Shown: piece after piece, positions 18,782 through 26,883 of the stretch | Numbering within the stretch: the stretch's first letter is position 1 | Layout of the letters: every line of letters starts with the position of its first letter | NCBI GenBank assembly: GCA_039024635.1 | Contig: JBCCQA010000001.1 | Coordinates: 71,932 to 135,931 of the forward strand | From: Myxococcota bacterium | Lineage (GTDB): Bacteria > Myxococcota > Kuafuiibacteriia > Kuafuiibacteriales > Kuafuiibacteriaceae | Length of the DNA: 64,000 nucleotides | Reading direction: 5' to 3' | The notes under the pieces: model-generated | Seen by the model: the letters and a program-made list of their open reading frames with translations, nothing else | Told to the model about the DNA's origin: nothing | Database searches by the model: none | Made by a program: the position numbers and the translations under genes

Positions 18782-19657
18782 CTAAGTACGCGGTCGCATC
18801 AGGCCCTCCTGGGCCACGGAGGCGACCAGAGTGCCGTCCATTCGGTAGATGTGGCCGAAGTTGAGGCCTCGTCCACCGCCGCTGTTGGGGCTTTGCAGCG
18901 AGTAGAGCAGCCAGTCATCGGCTCGGAAGGGACGATGAAACCAGAGGGCATGGTCTAGGCTTGCAACTTTGACCTTGGGGTCGAACCAGTTCAGTCCGTG
19001 GTGACGAAGTGCGGACTCCAGCAGATAGAAGTCCGAGGCATAGGCGAGGACGCACTGATGAAGCAGCGGGTCATCGGGAAGCTTGCCTCTGGCGCGGAAC
19101 CATACGTCATGCCGACCAGGTTTCGGCTGAGGCGCTAGGGGGTTCATGGGGTCCGGATCCCGGTGCTCGATAGGGTTGTCGAGCTTCCGAATGAACTCGA
19201 GGACTGGGTTGGGGTTCTTCTCCAGGACGGCCTCGAGCCGTTCGGCGTTGGACGGTATTCCTTCGGGGGGCGCGACTTCTGGCATCGGGAGCTGATGTTC
19301 GGGGCCTTCCTGACTCGCCTGGAAGGAAGCCGACATGTTGAAGATCGGCTCGCCGCCTTGGACTGCGACGACTCGGCGGGTCGTGAACGAGCGTCCGTCT
19401 CGGATCCGGTCTACGTGGTAGATGATGGGGACTTTTCGATCGCCGGGCCGAAGGAAGTAGGCGTGTAGCGAGTGGACCGGTCTGTCGGCTTGGGCCTCCG
19501 TCGTTCGTACCGCCGCCACCAAAGCTTGGGCCGCGACCTGACCACCAAAAACCATGGGACGCCCGTCGTCGGGGCTGAAGCCCCGGAAGAGGTCCCGGTC
19601 GAGTTGTTCGAGATCCAGTCGGTCGGTGAGCGATGCGATGCCCATGCCTCGACCCAC
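18782..19657 (-). CDS. tesB: Acyl-CoA thioesterase II (TesB)
   Basis: 291 aa. Double hot-dog thioesterase II sequence (VFGGQVAAQALVAA...). Confidence 0.8.
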   Translation of the reverse strand: MGRGMGIASLTDRLDLEQLDRDLFRGFSPDDGRPMVFGGQVAAQALVAAVRTTEAQADRPVHSLHAYFLRPGDRKVPIIYHVDRIRDGRSFTTRRVVAVQGGEPIFNMSASFQASQEGPEHQLPMPEVAPPEGIPSNAERLEAVLEKNPNPVLEFIRKLDNPIEHRDPDPMNPLAPQPKPGRHDVWFRARGKLPDDPLLHQCVLAYASDFYLLESALRHHGLNWFDPKVKVASLDHALWFHRPFRADDWLLYSLQSPNSGGGRGLNFGHIYRMDGTLVASVAQEGLMRPRT

Positions 19658-19731
19658 CCTGAATTCGGCGTCCAGTCACCCACTTTGCGCGGGCCTCGGC
19701 CCAAACACCCTCGGCCCCAAACGATGAAACC

Positions 19732-19755
19732 CCCGTCCGCCAGAAGGCGGACGGG
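19732..19755 (-). terminator. Candidate intrinsic terminator of fliC (10-bp GC stem, AGAA loop, U-rich tail on minus strand)
   Basis: CCCGTCCGCC-AGAA-GGCGGACGGG lies 46 nt downstream of the fliC stop. The minus-strand transcript continues GGUUUCAUCGUUUGG. Confidence 0.5.
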
Positions 19756-19800
19756 AGTTTCGGGCTGAAGTCGACGTCGGCTAGACCGGCGCCGCTTCCA

Positions 19801-21201
19801 TCAACCCAGCAGCGACAGCGCGACCTGGGTCGAGACGTTGGCCTGAGCCAAGATCGAGACGCTGGCCTGCTGCAGGATCTGGTTTCGCGAGAACTGTGCC
19901 GTCTCGGCGGCGAAGTCCGCGTCCTGGATCCGGCTACGAGCGGCGGAGAGGTTCTCGGACACAGCGGTCAGAGAGCCCACGACCGACTCGAAGCGGCTGA
20001 GCTGCGCACCCAGGTTGGCCTGCTGGCCGTTGACCTGACGGAGGGCGTCATCGAGTGTCGCGATGGCGTCCACCGCGTCGGTGCGCGAGGTCAGGCTCAA
20101 GGTGTTGAGGTTGGTGGCCACGTTGACCACCGCGCTACTGGCGCCGATTCGGCTGGAGCCGTCGACGACGGTGAAGTCGTTGTCGCTCTTCAGCGTGATC
20201 TGACCATTGAAGGTCTGGGTCGCCTCGTCGAAGCCGGAGCCCGTCTCACCGTCGGCCGTAGCGGTGACGGTGATGTTCCGGCCGTCCCCGGCGGTGAGAA
20301 CCAGCTGGTTCGAACCGTCGAGGCTGGCCACGACGCCGGTTTGTCCGGTGACCGCGTTGATCGCGTTCCGAAGAGCGCTGTCCGAGTCGTTGGCAAGAAC
20401 GGCCACGGGGCCGATGTCCACGCCGTTGATCAACAGGTCAGCGGCGGCCACGGACTGAGCGCCCACGGCCGCGGTTCCAGCGATGGTCGTGTCACCCACG
20501 ATGGCCTCGACGTTGGTCTCAGCCGCGGAAGCGTTGATAGCCGCCGCCTTGGCGATGGCCGACGCGTCGTTGCCCGCGAAGGACAAGGCGTCGTCCGCAG
20601 CCGCGGTGGCGCGAATCTCGACGCTGTTGATCGTGACCTCGCTGGCGCCGATCGCGGCGGCACCGACGGTAGCCGTGCTCTGGGCAGTGGCGCCCAGGGC
20701 CGAAGCTCGGGCCCCGTCGATGCTGAAGGACAGGGTGTCGCCCTGGTTGGCACCGATCTGGAAGGTCTGATTGATGAAGGTACCGTCGAGGACGGCCTTG
20801 CCGTTGAACTGGGTCTGAGTCGCGATCCGGTCGATCTCGGACACCAGCTGATCCGCCTCGGCTTGGAGGGCCAGTCGGTCGGAGGTGCTGTTGGTGTCGT
20901 TGGCCGACTGAACGGCGAGCTCACGGAGACGCTGGAGCGATCCGCCGACCTCGTTCAGCGCGGCTTCCGTCGTCTGGGCGAGGGAAATGCCGTCGTTGGC
21001 GTTTCGGACGGCCTGGTTCAGACCACGGACCTGCGCCGTGAAGCGCGAGGCGATGGCCAGACCGGCGGCGTCGTCCTTGGCGCTGTTGATCCGAAGACCG
21101 GTCGACAGACGCTGGAAGCTGGTGGAGAGGTCCCGCTGGCTCCGGAGGAGCGAACGCTGGGCGTTCAGGGAAGCGACGTTGGTATTGATGACGAGAGTCA
21201 T
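19801..21201 (-). CDS. fliC: Flagellin
   Basis: 466 aa. Conserved N-terminus 'MTLVINTNVASLNAQRSLLRSQRDLSTSFQRLSTGLRINSAKDDAAGLAIA' and C-terminus (...LQQASVSILAQANVSTQVALSLLG). Confidence 0.95.
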   Translation of the reverse strand: MTLVINTNVASLNAQRSLLRSQRDLSTSFQRLSTGLRINSAKDDAAGLAIASRFTAQVRGLNQAVRNANDGISLAQTTEAALNEVGGSLQRLRELAVQSANDTNSTSDRLALQAEADQLVSEIDRIATQTQFNGKAVLDGTFINQTFQIGANQGDTLSFSIDGARASALGATAQSTATVGAAAIGASEVTINSVEIRATAAADDALSFAGNDASAIAKAAAINASAAETNVEAIVGDTTIAGTAAVGAQSVAAADLLINGVDIGPVAVLANDSDSALRNAINAVTGQTGVVASLDGSNQLVLTAGDGRNITVTATADGETGSGFDEATQTFNGQITLKSDNDFTVVDGSSRIGASSAVVNVATNLNTLSLTSRTDAVDAIATLDDALRQVNGQQANLGAQLSRFESVVGSLTAVSENLSAARSRIQDADFAAETAQFSRNQILQQASVSILAQANVSTQVALSLLG

Positions 21202-21210
21202 GGGTTGGGT

Positions 21211-21245
21211 TCCTCCTTGGAACAGTCAGGCCGCTCCTTGCGGCC
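21211..21245 (-). promoter_or_regulatory. fliC 5' leader: hairpin GGCCGC-AAGGA-GCGGCC presenting a GGA loop, plus an AAGGAGG Shine-Dalgarno (CsrA-type dual site)
   Basis: Minus-strand leader reads ...aggccgcAAGGAgcggcctgactgttccAAGGAGGaacccaacccATG. Hairpin at 21229-21245, SD at 21211-21217. Confidence 0.5.
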
Positions 21246-21559
21246 TGTTTCGAATTCGAGTTCAACGTCGGGACGACCCGGAGGACCCCATGCCCTCCGT
21301 GAAAGAAGTCGCGACCGACGCCGGTGGAACTCGGCCCCTCGCGTTCCCCATCGATGAAGTGGTGTGATCTTTCTCAAGGCGAGATGCTTCTTCTCAAGTC
21401 GAGACCTCAGCTCGAAACAACCTACGGCCGCCGTGTACCAGGCCGGTGCAGCGTGCAGCGGCTCACAGGCTTCCAAGGGCGGAGGCAGGCTCTTCATCAA
21501 CATTCCCAGGCGTCGGCCGATTCAGAGGGCACAGGGGTCAGGCCCTGACGAGACGCTCC

Positions 21560-22432
21560 ATGGTCCAAGCAGTCACCGCGAAGCCCGATCCCAAAGATCT
21601 CGCCCGACTCATCGAGAAGAACCTCGAGATCCCGTCCATCCCCGACGTGGCGGCCCGAGCCCTCCGAGCCCTCAACGACGATAGGACCACGGCGGCCAAG
21701 GTGGCCCAGATCATCGCTGAGGATCAGGGCATGACGGCCCGGGTGCTCAAGGTGGCCAACTCCGCTCTCTATGGTCTCACTCGCGAGATCACCAACCTTC
21801 AGCAGGCCGCTATGGTGATGGGCTTCGACAGCCTGCGGGGCATCATCATCACGGTTTCCAACCGTGCCATCTACAAGCGCTTCGGCGCGGTGGAGAAGGA
21901 GCTTTGGCAGCACTCGGTAGCGACGGCCATCGCCGCCCAGCACATCGCCGCCGAGCGTAGCCTAGAGCGCAAAGACGAAGCCTTCGTCTGCGGTCTTATG
22001 CACGACGTGGGTAAGGTCGTGATGAACAATGGCATGCGGGATCAGTTCATGGCCTCTCGCCAGCTGGCTGATGACCAGCACGTTCCGGACATCGAGGCCG
22101 AGCAGAGCACCTTCGGCTTCAGCCACTGTGACGTAGGCTCGCTTCTCGTCCAGCGATGGGGGCTCTCTGAGCATTTGGAACACGCCGTCTTCCTACACCA
22201 CGAACCCGACCTGGCACCGATGTTGGCCGGTGACTCGGAGCCTCTCGTCTACGTGACGCACGTGGCTGACCAAATCTGCTACCGACTCGGTTACGGCAAG
22301 GGCAGCGGTCGAGAGGCCGGTGAAACGGTGGACATCGAGGCCTTCTGTAGCTTGGGATTCGAAGCCGAAGACCTCGGCCCTCTATGCCAGAAGGTCGAGG
22401 CCACTTACCAAGAGACCCACGGCTCGTTCTAG
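21560..22432 (+). CDS. HDOD-domain signalling protein
   Basis: HD-related output domain (LHDVGKVVM, HH motifs). ATG at 21560; the ORF track's earlier start is unlikely. Confidence 0.7.
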   Translation: MVQAVTAKPDPKDLARLIEKNLEIPSIPDVAARALRALNDDRTTAAKVAQIIAEDQGMTARVLKVANSALYGLTREITNLQQAAMVMGFDSLRGIIITVSNRAIYKRFGAVEKELWQHSVATAIAAQHIAAERSLERKDEAFVCGLMHDVGKVVMNNGMRDQFMASRQLADDQHVPDIEAEQSTFGFSHCDVGSLLVQRWGLSEHLEHAVFLHHEPDLAPMLAGDSEPLVYVTHVADQICYRLGYGKGSGREAGETVDIEAFCSLGFEAEDLGPLCQKVEATYQETHGSF

Positions 22433-22530
22433 AGGGGCCCGGCGTGGGCGGAGCCCACGCCACCCTCGCTACGCTCCCTCCGTGAGGCTCGGCTGGCGCC
22501 GACCTCCCTCCGCTCGCTGCGCGTAAGGCG
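22433..22530. repeat. Second copy of the dispersed hairpin repeat (one unit, one 30-bp subunit, 3' end rearranged/inverted)
   Basis: GGGGCCCGGCGTGGGC-GGA-GCCCACGCC...GAGGCTCGGCTGGCGCCGACCTCCCTCCGCTCGCTGCGCG matches 18402-18528. The tail AGGCCGAAGCGGAC is the reverse complement of GTCCGCTTCGGCCT in copy 1. Confidence 0.85.
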
Positions 22531-22554
22531 GCAGGCCGAAGCGGACTGGGAGAC

Positions 22555-23049
22555 TCAGTTGCAGACTTCGGCGTCGCTCAGGTTTGCGACCTCGTCGTTA
22601 TAGACATTGACTGCGTCAAGTAGCTCCGCGCGAGCCTTGAGCTGAAGAGGGGCTCCGGCCAGGCTGACGGCGAGGCCTCCGCCGAAGAGGCCGATGCCGA
22701 CGGAACCGGCCGTTCCGATGCCGTTGGACCCGTTGTTGGTCTGATCGACGATGTACATGACGGTACCGGTCATCGCGAGGACACTCCCCGCGATGACCAC
22801 CACGGCCGAGGTTGTCTGCCGTTTTCGTGCGCTTTTGGCCAGGGCGCGCGACCGGCTGTCCGCCGGGAAGATCTCGTCGACCCCTGAGAAGAATGGGTCG
22901 ACCTGAGCCCGCTGCTCGCATCGGCTCAGCTCCAGACTCATGACGCTGGCGCGGGTGGTGACAAAGCGCCGATTTTGAGGCACGTAGGACGTGCTGGCGC
23001 AGGCCTGCGTCAGCACCAAGAGGCTCACTCCGAAGGCGAGGCATTTCAT
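22555..23049 (-). CDS. Small secreted/lipoprotein with glycine-rich (GxxxG) C-terminal segment
   Basis: 164 aa. Signal peptide MKCLAFGVSLLVLTQAC. 'NGIGTAGSVGIGLFGGGLAVSLAGAP' glycine zipper. The longer 453-aa ORF is an upstream extension. Confidence 0.5.
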   Translation of the reverse strand: MKCLAFGVSLLVLTQACASTSYVPQNRRFVTTRASVMSLELSRCEQRAQVDPFFSGVDEIFPADSRSRALAKSARKRQTTSAVVVIAGSVLAMTGTVMYIVDQTNNGSNGIGTAGSVGIGLFGGGLAVSLAGAPLQLKARAELLDAVNVYNDEVANLSDAEVCN

Positions 23050-23096
23050 GCCTTGGCCTAAGTACGAATGGTCCGTCCTCGGAAGAAGAATGCTGC

Positions 23097-24080
23097 TCAG
23101 CCCCGCCTCCGTCGCTGCCGGCGCGAGCCTTCCAAGTAAAGTCCCGCGCCCAGCAGACCGGCGCCGACCATCCACCACCCGAGGCTGCCGCCGCGGCGCT
23201 CTTTCCGGACCAGTGCCGGCGGGTTGGGAACCACCATGCTTCGAAGGGGCCGGGGCCTCGGTCGGCGTCGATGTTGCTCGGGCACTACGCCTCTTCTGAG
23301 CTGCTGGGCGATGGGGCCGATCTGAGCATGAGCCGCCCGGTAGCCCAGGTCCTCGACGTCGGAGACGTGGCGGGTGTCCAGAGGATCGAAGCGGTGTAGA
23401 TCCTCGGGCTCCACCACGACGTCGGCCAGGGCGAGGCTGCGCTCGTTGCTTCGACGGCCCACGATTTCCATGCCTCGGTTGAAGACCCGCCAGCTGCTGC
23501 GACAGCATCCGTCGTCGGCGGTGTAGTGCGGGTTCACGTCGACGGCTATCACCGTCTGGCAGAGGCTCCTTATCGGCTCCACCGGGACGTTCAGGCTGTA
23601 GCCCCCGTCGAAGAGCAGCCGCTCCCCCACGCTCACTGGGGGCCAGAATGGGGCCAGCGCGCAGGAGGCCTGGAGCGCTGGCAGGCGGGCCCCGCTGAAC
23701 ATGAGAATGGGCTCCCCGGACTGCAGGTCCGTCGCCACGACCCAAACGGGCGGGGTTCCGTCCTCGAGTTCCCCCGCCAGAAGCTCGGCCCAGTGGCTCG
23801 TGAAAGAGCTCGGGTCCAAGAGGGAGGGGCCTGACCAGTTGGTGTACCAGAGGCTCAGTGGCGAGAAATCCAGCATGGCCTGCCGCATCTCCTCGTCCTT
23901 GAGCCCCATCGACCACATGGTGCCGACCAGCGCGCCAGAGCTCGTTCCGCAGATGATGTCCGGACGGACGTCTAGCTCCCTAAGGGCCCGTAGAACCCCG
24001 ATGTGCGCCGCCCCTCGAACGGCGCCTCCACTCAGGGCGAGACCGAGTCTGTAGTCCAAAGTCGCACGTTCGGCGGCCAC
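23097..24080 (-). CDS. Patatin-like phospholipase
   Basis: Oxyanion-hole 'SGGAVRGAAHIGVL', GxSxG 'GTSSG' and a catalytic 'DGG' dyad. 327 aa. Confidence 0.8.
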   Translation of the reverse strand: MAAERATLDYRLGLALSGGAVRGAAHIGVLRALRELDVRPDIICGTSSGALVGTMWSMGLKDEEMRQAMLDFSPLSLWYTNWSGPSLLDPSSFTSHWAELLAGELEDGTPPVWVVATDLQSGEPILMFSGARLPALQASCALAPFWPPVSVGERLLFDGGYSLNVPVEPIRSLCQTVIAVDVNPHYTADDGCCRSSWRVFNRGMEIVGRRSNERSLALADVVVEPEDLHRFDPLDTRHVSDVEDLGYRAAHAQIGPIAQQLRRGVVPEQHRRRPRPRPLRSMVVPNPPALVRKERRGGSLGWWMVGAGLLGAGLYLEGSRRQRRRRG

Positions 24081-24179
24081 GACCCGAATGTGACCTGGAC
24101 CGGGCCGGGACCCAAGTCATGAAGCGTATCTCCAAGCGTTTCAGTTCGAGTCGTTGGACTCTTCACGGCCTCGCGATCG

Positions 24180-24187
24180 GCCGATGA
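24180..24187 (+). promoter_or_regulatory. Sigma-28 -10-like element GCCGATGA 9 nt upstream of the fliD ATG (no convincing -35)
   Basis: 7/8 match to GCCGATAA, but the -35 is poor. Would imply a leaderless fliD. Confidence 0.2.
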
Positions 24188-24196
24188 GCGTTTCGC

Positions 24197-26422
24197 ATGG
24201 TCAGCGTAGGTGGACTGGCATCCGGGCTCGACACCCAGGGCATCGTGGCCCAGCTCCTGGAGCTGGAGCGCCGACCCATTCGGCAGCTCGAGGCCCAAGT
24301 CGCAGAACTGACGGCTCAGCAGGGCCGCTACACCGCCCTTCAGCCCAACCTCAATGCCTTGAGAAGCGCAACGAGCGCCCTCCAGGACCGGACCAGCCTT
24401 CTCCGTCCCCAGCTCAACATCCAAGGCTCCGCGGTCTCAGCGACGGTCCAGGACAGCGCCGTGTCCGCTCGCTACGACCTCACGGTCAGCCAGCTCGCCA
24501 CAGCCGGTCGCATCGCGTCCCAGGGCGTGGACAGCACGAGCACTCCCATCGCCGTTGGACCCGGCAGCTTCCAACTTCGAGCGGGCGCCAACGGCGCCCT
24601 GGTTTCGGTCAGCGTCGACGCGGCGACCACTCTCAACGACCTCGCCTCGGCCATCAACGCCCAAAATGGCGAGGTCACGGCGAGCGTCATCAACGACGGT
24701 ACGGCAGCCAACGCCCAACGCTTGGTCCTCTCCAGCGCCCGGACTGGCCGGGATTTCGACGTCGAGATCGTCAACAACGACACCACCCTCCAGTTCGACA
24801 CCAAACTCATCGAAGACGCGGTCGCGGATGACGCCAACGACTCGGCCTATACGGGCACGGTCAGCTCCAGCGGCACCTACACAGGCTCGGACAGCAAGAC
24901 CTTCATCGTCGAGATCCTCGCCGGGGGGGTTGCCGGGACGGCGACCTACCGGGTCTCTTCGGACGGCGGCATCACCTTCGACGACAACGGTGGGGCGGGT
25001 TTCACGACCTCGGAGACGGCGACCCCCCTCGGCGCCGTCGGCGAAGGGGTGGATATCGCCTTCACCAATTCGGGCAGTCTGACGGCGGGGGACCGCTTCT
25101 CGATCGACGTCACCGTGCCGGTGCTGGACGAAGCCAAGGACGCCGTTTTTCGGCTCAACGGTATTCAGCAGACCCGGTCTTCGAACGACATCGACGATGC
25201 GGTCGAAGGACTCAGCTTCTCCCTCCTCTCGACCACCGAGAGTGGGGAGTCCTCGAGCGTCACCGTCTCCAGAAACGACGGCGCCATCATCACCGCCCTC
25301 CAGGAGTACGTGAACGCATACAACGAGGTGGTCTCCGGGATCCGGCAGCAGCAGACCTTCGACCCCGACACGAACACCGCTGGGGCGCTCCTGGGAGACC
25401 CCACGGCCAACCGTATCGTCCGCTCTTTGAGGAACGCCATCACCCGACAGGCGGTCGGCGTTGTGTCCGGTCCTCAACGCCTGATCGACCTGGGCATCTC
25501 CTCCAGCACCAACGGGGAGATCAGACTGGACGCCAATCGACTCACGACCCTGCTCGAAGAAGACCGCGAAGGCGTCCTCGACCTACTCGCCTCTTCCGGC
25601 ACCGCCTCGGTGCCTTCCTTGGGGATCGAGTCCCAAAGTGGGGTCGGTGCCGGCGTGTATGGCGTTTCGGTGAGCACCGTCCCCGAACGGGCCTCCGTGA
25701 GCGCATCGGGTGTGCTCGGTACCCTCAGCGCAGACGAGACCCTCAGCTTTAGTCTCAGCTCCGATCAGACCGACGATACGCCGAGTTCTCGCGACTTCAC
25801 GGTCTCCTTGAGCGCCGGCGACACGGCGGCCCAGGTCTTGGCCGAGATCAACTCCGCCTTTGCAACCCAGGGCGTCGCCTTCGAGGCCGTCCTTGATGGC
25901 GCAGGTCAACTGGAGCTGCGAGCGACGGAGTTCGGCGCCGACTTCCAGATCACCGTGAGCTCAGACGTCGCCGCCGGTGTCGGCAGCACGCAGATCGGGA
26001 CGACCGAGCTGGTCGACGCAGGAGTGGACATCGCCGGCCTCATCAGTGGTCGACAGGCGATCGGCGTCGGCAACACGTTGACCGGGACCGGGGACCTCGC
26101 CGACCTTGTCTTGAGCTACTCGGGGAGCGACACCGGGAACATCGGGATCATCACCATCACCGAAGGCCTCGGCAGCCTCCTGGCGGATACGGTCGAGGGA
26201 CTGGTAACGGGTAGCGAAAGCGTTCTGGCGACCCGAAACCAAGGGCTTCAGAGCCGCATCGACAGACTCAACGAACAGATCTTGGCCAAGAACGAGCAGG
26301 TGGCCCGGAACCAGGCGCGACTGGAGCGGGAGTTCGCCAACCTCGAGGTCACCTTGGCCCAGCTTCAGTCGCAAGGGAACTTCGTGACGAACCAGCTCGC
26401 CCTCATCGCCCCTCAGAGCTGA
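24197..26422 (+). CDS. fliD: Flagellar filament cap protein FliD (HAP2)
   Basis: 741 aa. N-terminus 'MVSVGGLASGLDTQGIVAQLLELERRPI' and a C-terminal coiled coil (LEREFANLEVTLAQLQSQGNFV). Confidence 0.9.
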   Translation: MVSVGGLASGLDTQGIVAQLLELERRPIRQLEAQVAELTAQQGRYTALQPNLNALRSATSALQDRTSLLRPQLNIQGSAVSATVQDSAVSARYDLTVSQLATAGRIASQGVDSTSTPIAVGPGSFQLRAGANGALVSVSVDAATTLNDLASAINAQNGEVTASVINDGTAANAQRLVLSSARTGRDFDVEIVNNDTTLQFDTKLIEDAVADDANDSAYTGTVSSSGTYTGSDSKTFIVEILAGGVAGTATYRVSSDGGITFDDNGGAGFTTSETATPLGAVGEGVDIAFTNSGSLTAGDRFSIDVTVPVLDEAKDAVFRLNGIQQTRSSNDIDDAVEGLSFSLLSTTESGESSSVTVSRNDGAIITALQEYVNAYNEVVSGIRQQQTFDPDTNTAGALLGDPTANRIVRSLRNAITRQAVGVVSGPQRLIDLGISSSTNGEIRLDANRLTTLLEEDREGVLDLLASSGTASVPSLGIESQSGVGAGVYGVSVSTVPERASVSASGVLGTLSADETLSFSLSSDQTDDTPSSRDFTVSLSAGDTAAQVLAEINSAFATQGVAFEAVLDGAGQLELRATEFGADFQITVSSDVAAGVGSTQIGTTELVDAGVDIAGLISGRQAIGVGNTLTGTGDLADLVLSYSGSDTGNIGIITITEGLGSLLADTVEGLVTGSESVLATRNQGLQSRIDRLNEQILAKNEQVARNQARLEREFANLEVTLAQLQSQGNFVTNQLALIAPQS

Positions 26423-26442
26423 GCCCGACCGCAGGAAGCTTC

Positions 26443-26868
26443 ATGTACCCCAGCAAGTCCGCCTACACGAGCAGCCAGGTCGAAGGCTACTCACCCGAAC
26501 GCCTCGTCTTGGCCATGTTCGACGCTGCCCTTCGCAACCTAGGTTGGGCTTCGGATGCGCTGGAGCGCGGGGATCTCTCTCGAAAGGGCACGAATATCTC
26601 CAAGACCTTGGCCATCGTCAACGAGCTCCAGGCTTCGCTCAACAAGGAGGCCGGCGGCGAACTTGCTGAACGTCTCGACGGCCTCTACGTCTACGTCAGC
26701 GGCCGCTTGGTCGAGGCCAACGTCGAGAATGACGCCGAGAAGATTGCCGAAGTTCGAGGCCTGCTCCAGACGGTTCGAGACGGATGGGCCGAAATGTTGG
26801 AAGAGACTGGTCCCCCGGCGGCCCAAGGCTCAGCAGCCTCGGCTCAGGCCGGCAAGATCTACGTCTGA
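26443..26868 (+). CDS. fliS: Flagellin-specific chaperone FliS
   Basis: 141 aa. FliS family helical bundle (LVLAMFDAALRNL...LYVYVSGRLVEAN). Confidence 0.85.
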   Translation: MYPSKSAYTSSQVEGYSPERLVLAMFDAALRNLGWASDALERGDLSRKGTNISKTLAIVNELQASLNKEAGGELAERLDGLYVYVSGRLVEANVENDAEKIAEVRGLLQTVRDGWAEMLEETGPPAAQGSAASAQAGKIYV

Positions 26869-26883
26869 GTCCTCGCCCGCCCC

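Noticed and set aside
18343-18864. ORFs (173 aa, 99 aa, 81 aa) encoding RSLRGARLAPTSL / GLGWRRPLSV-type repeats
   Set aside because: They lie entirely within the intergenic hairpin/VNTR repeat element. The 30-bp period merely keeps frames open, and there is no protein-like composition.
20341-21357. 338-aa plus-strand ORF over fliC
   Set aside because: Antisense to flagellin. Gly/Arg-rich junk composition.
21348-21382. Sigma-28 box for fliC (GAAAGATC-N11-TCGATGGG)
   Set aside because: Only about 9/16 match to consensus. Much weaker than the flgM and flgF boxes. Kept only as a remark.
24437-25477. 346-aa minus-strand ORF over fliD
   Set aside because: Antisense shadow of fliD.
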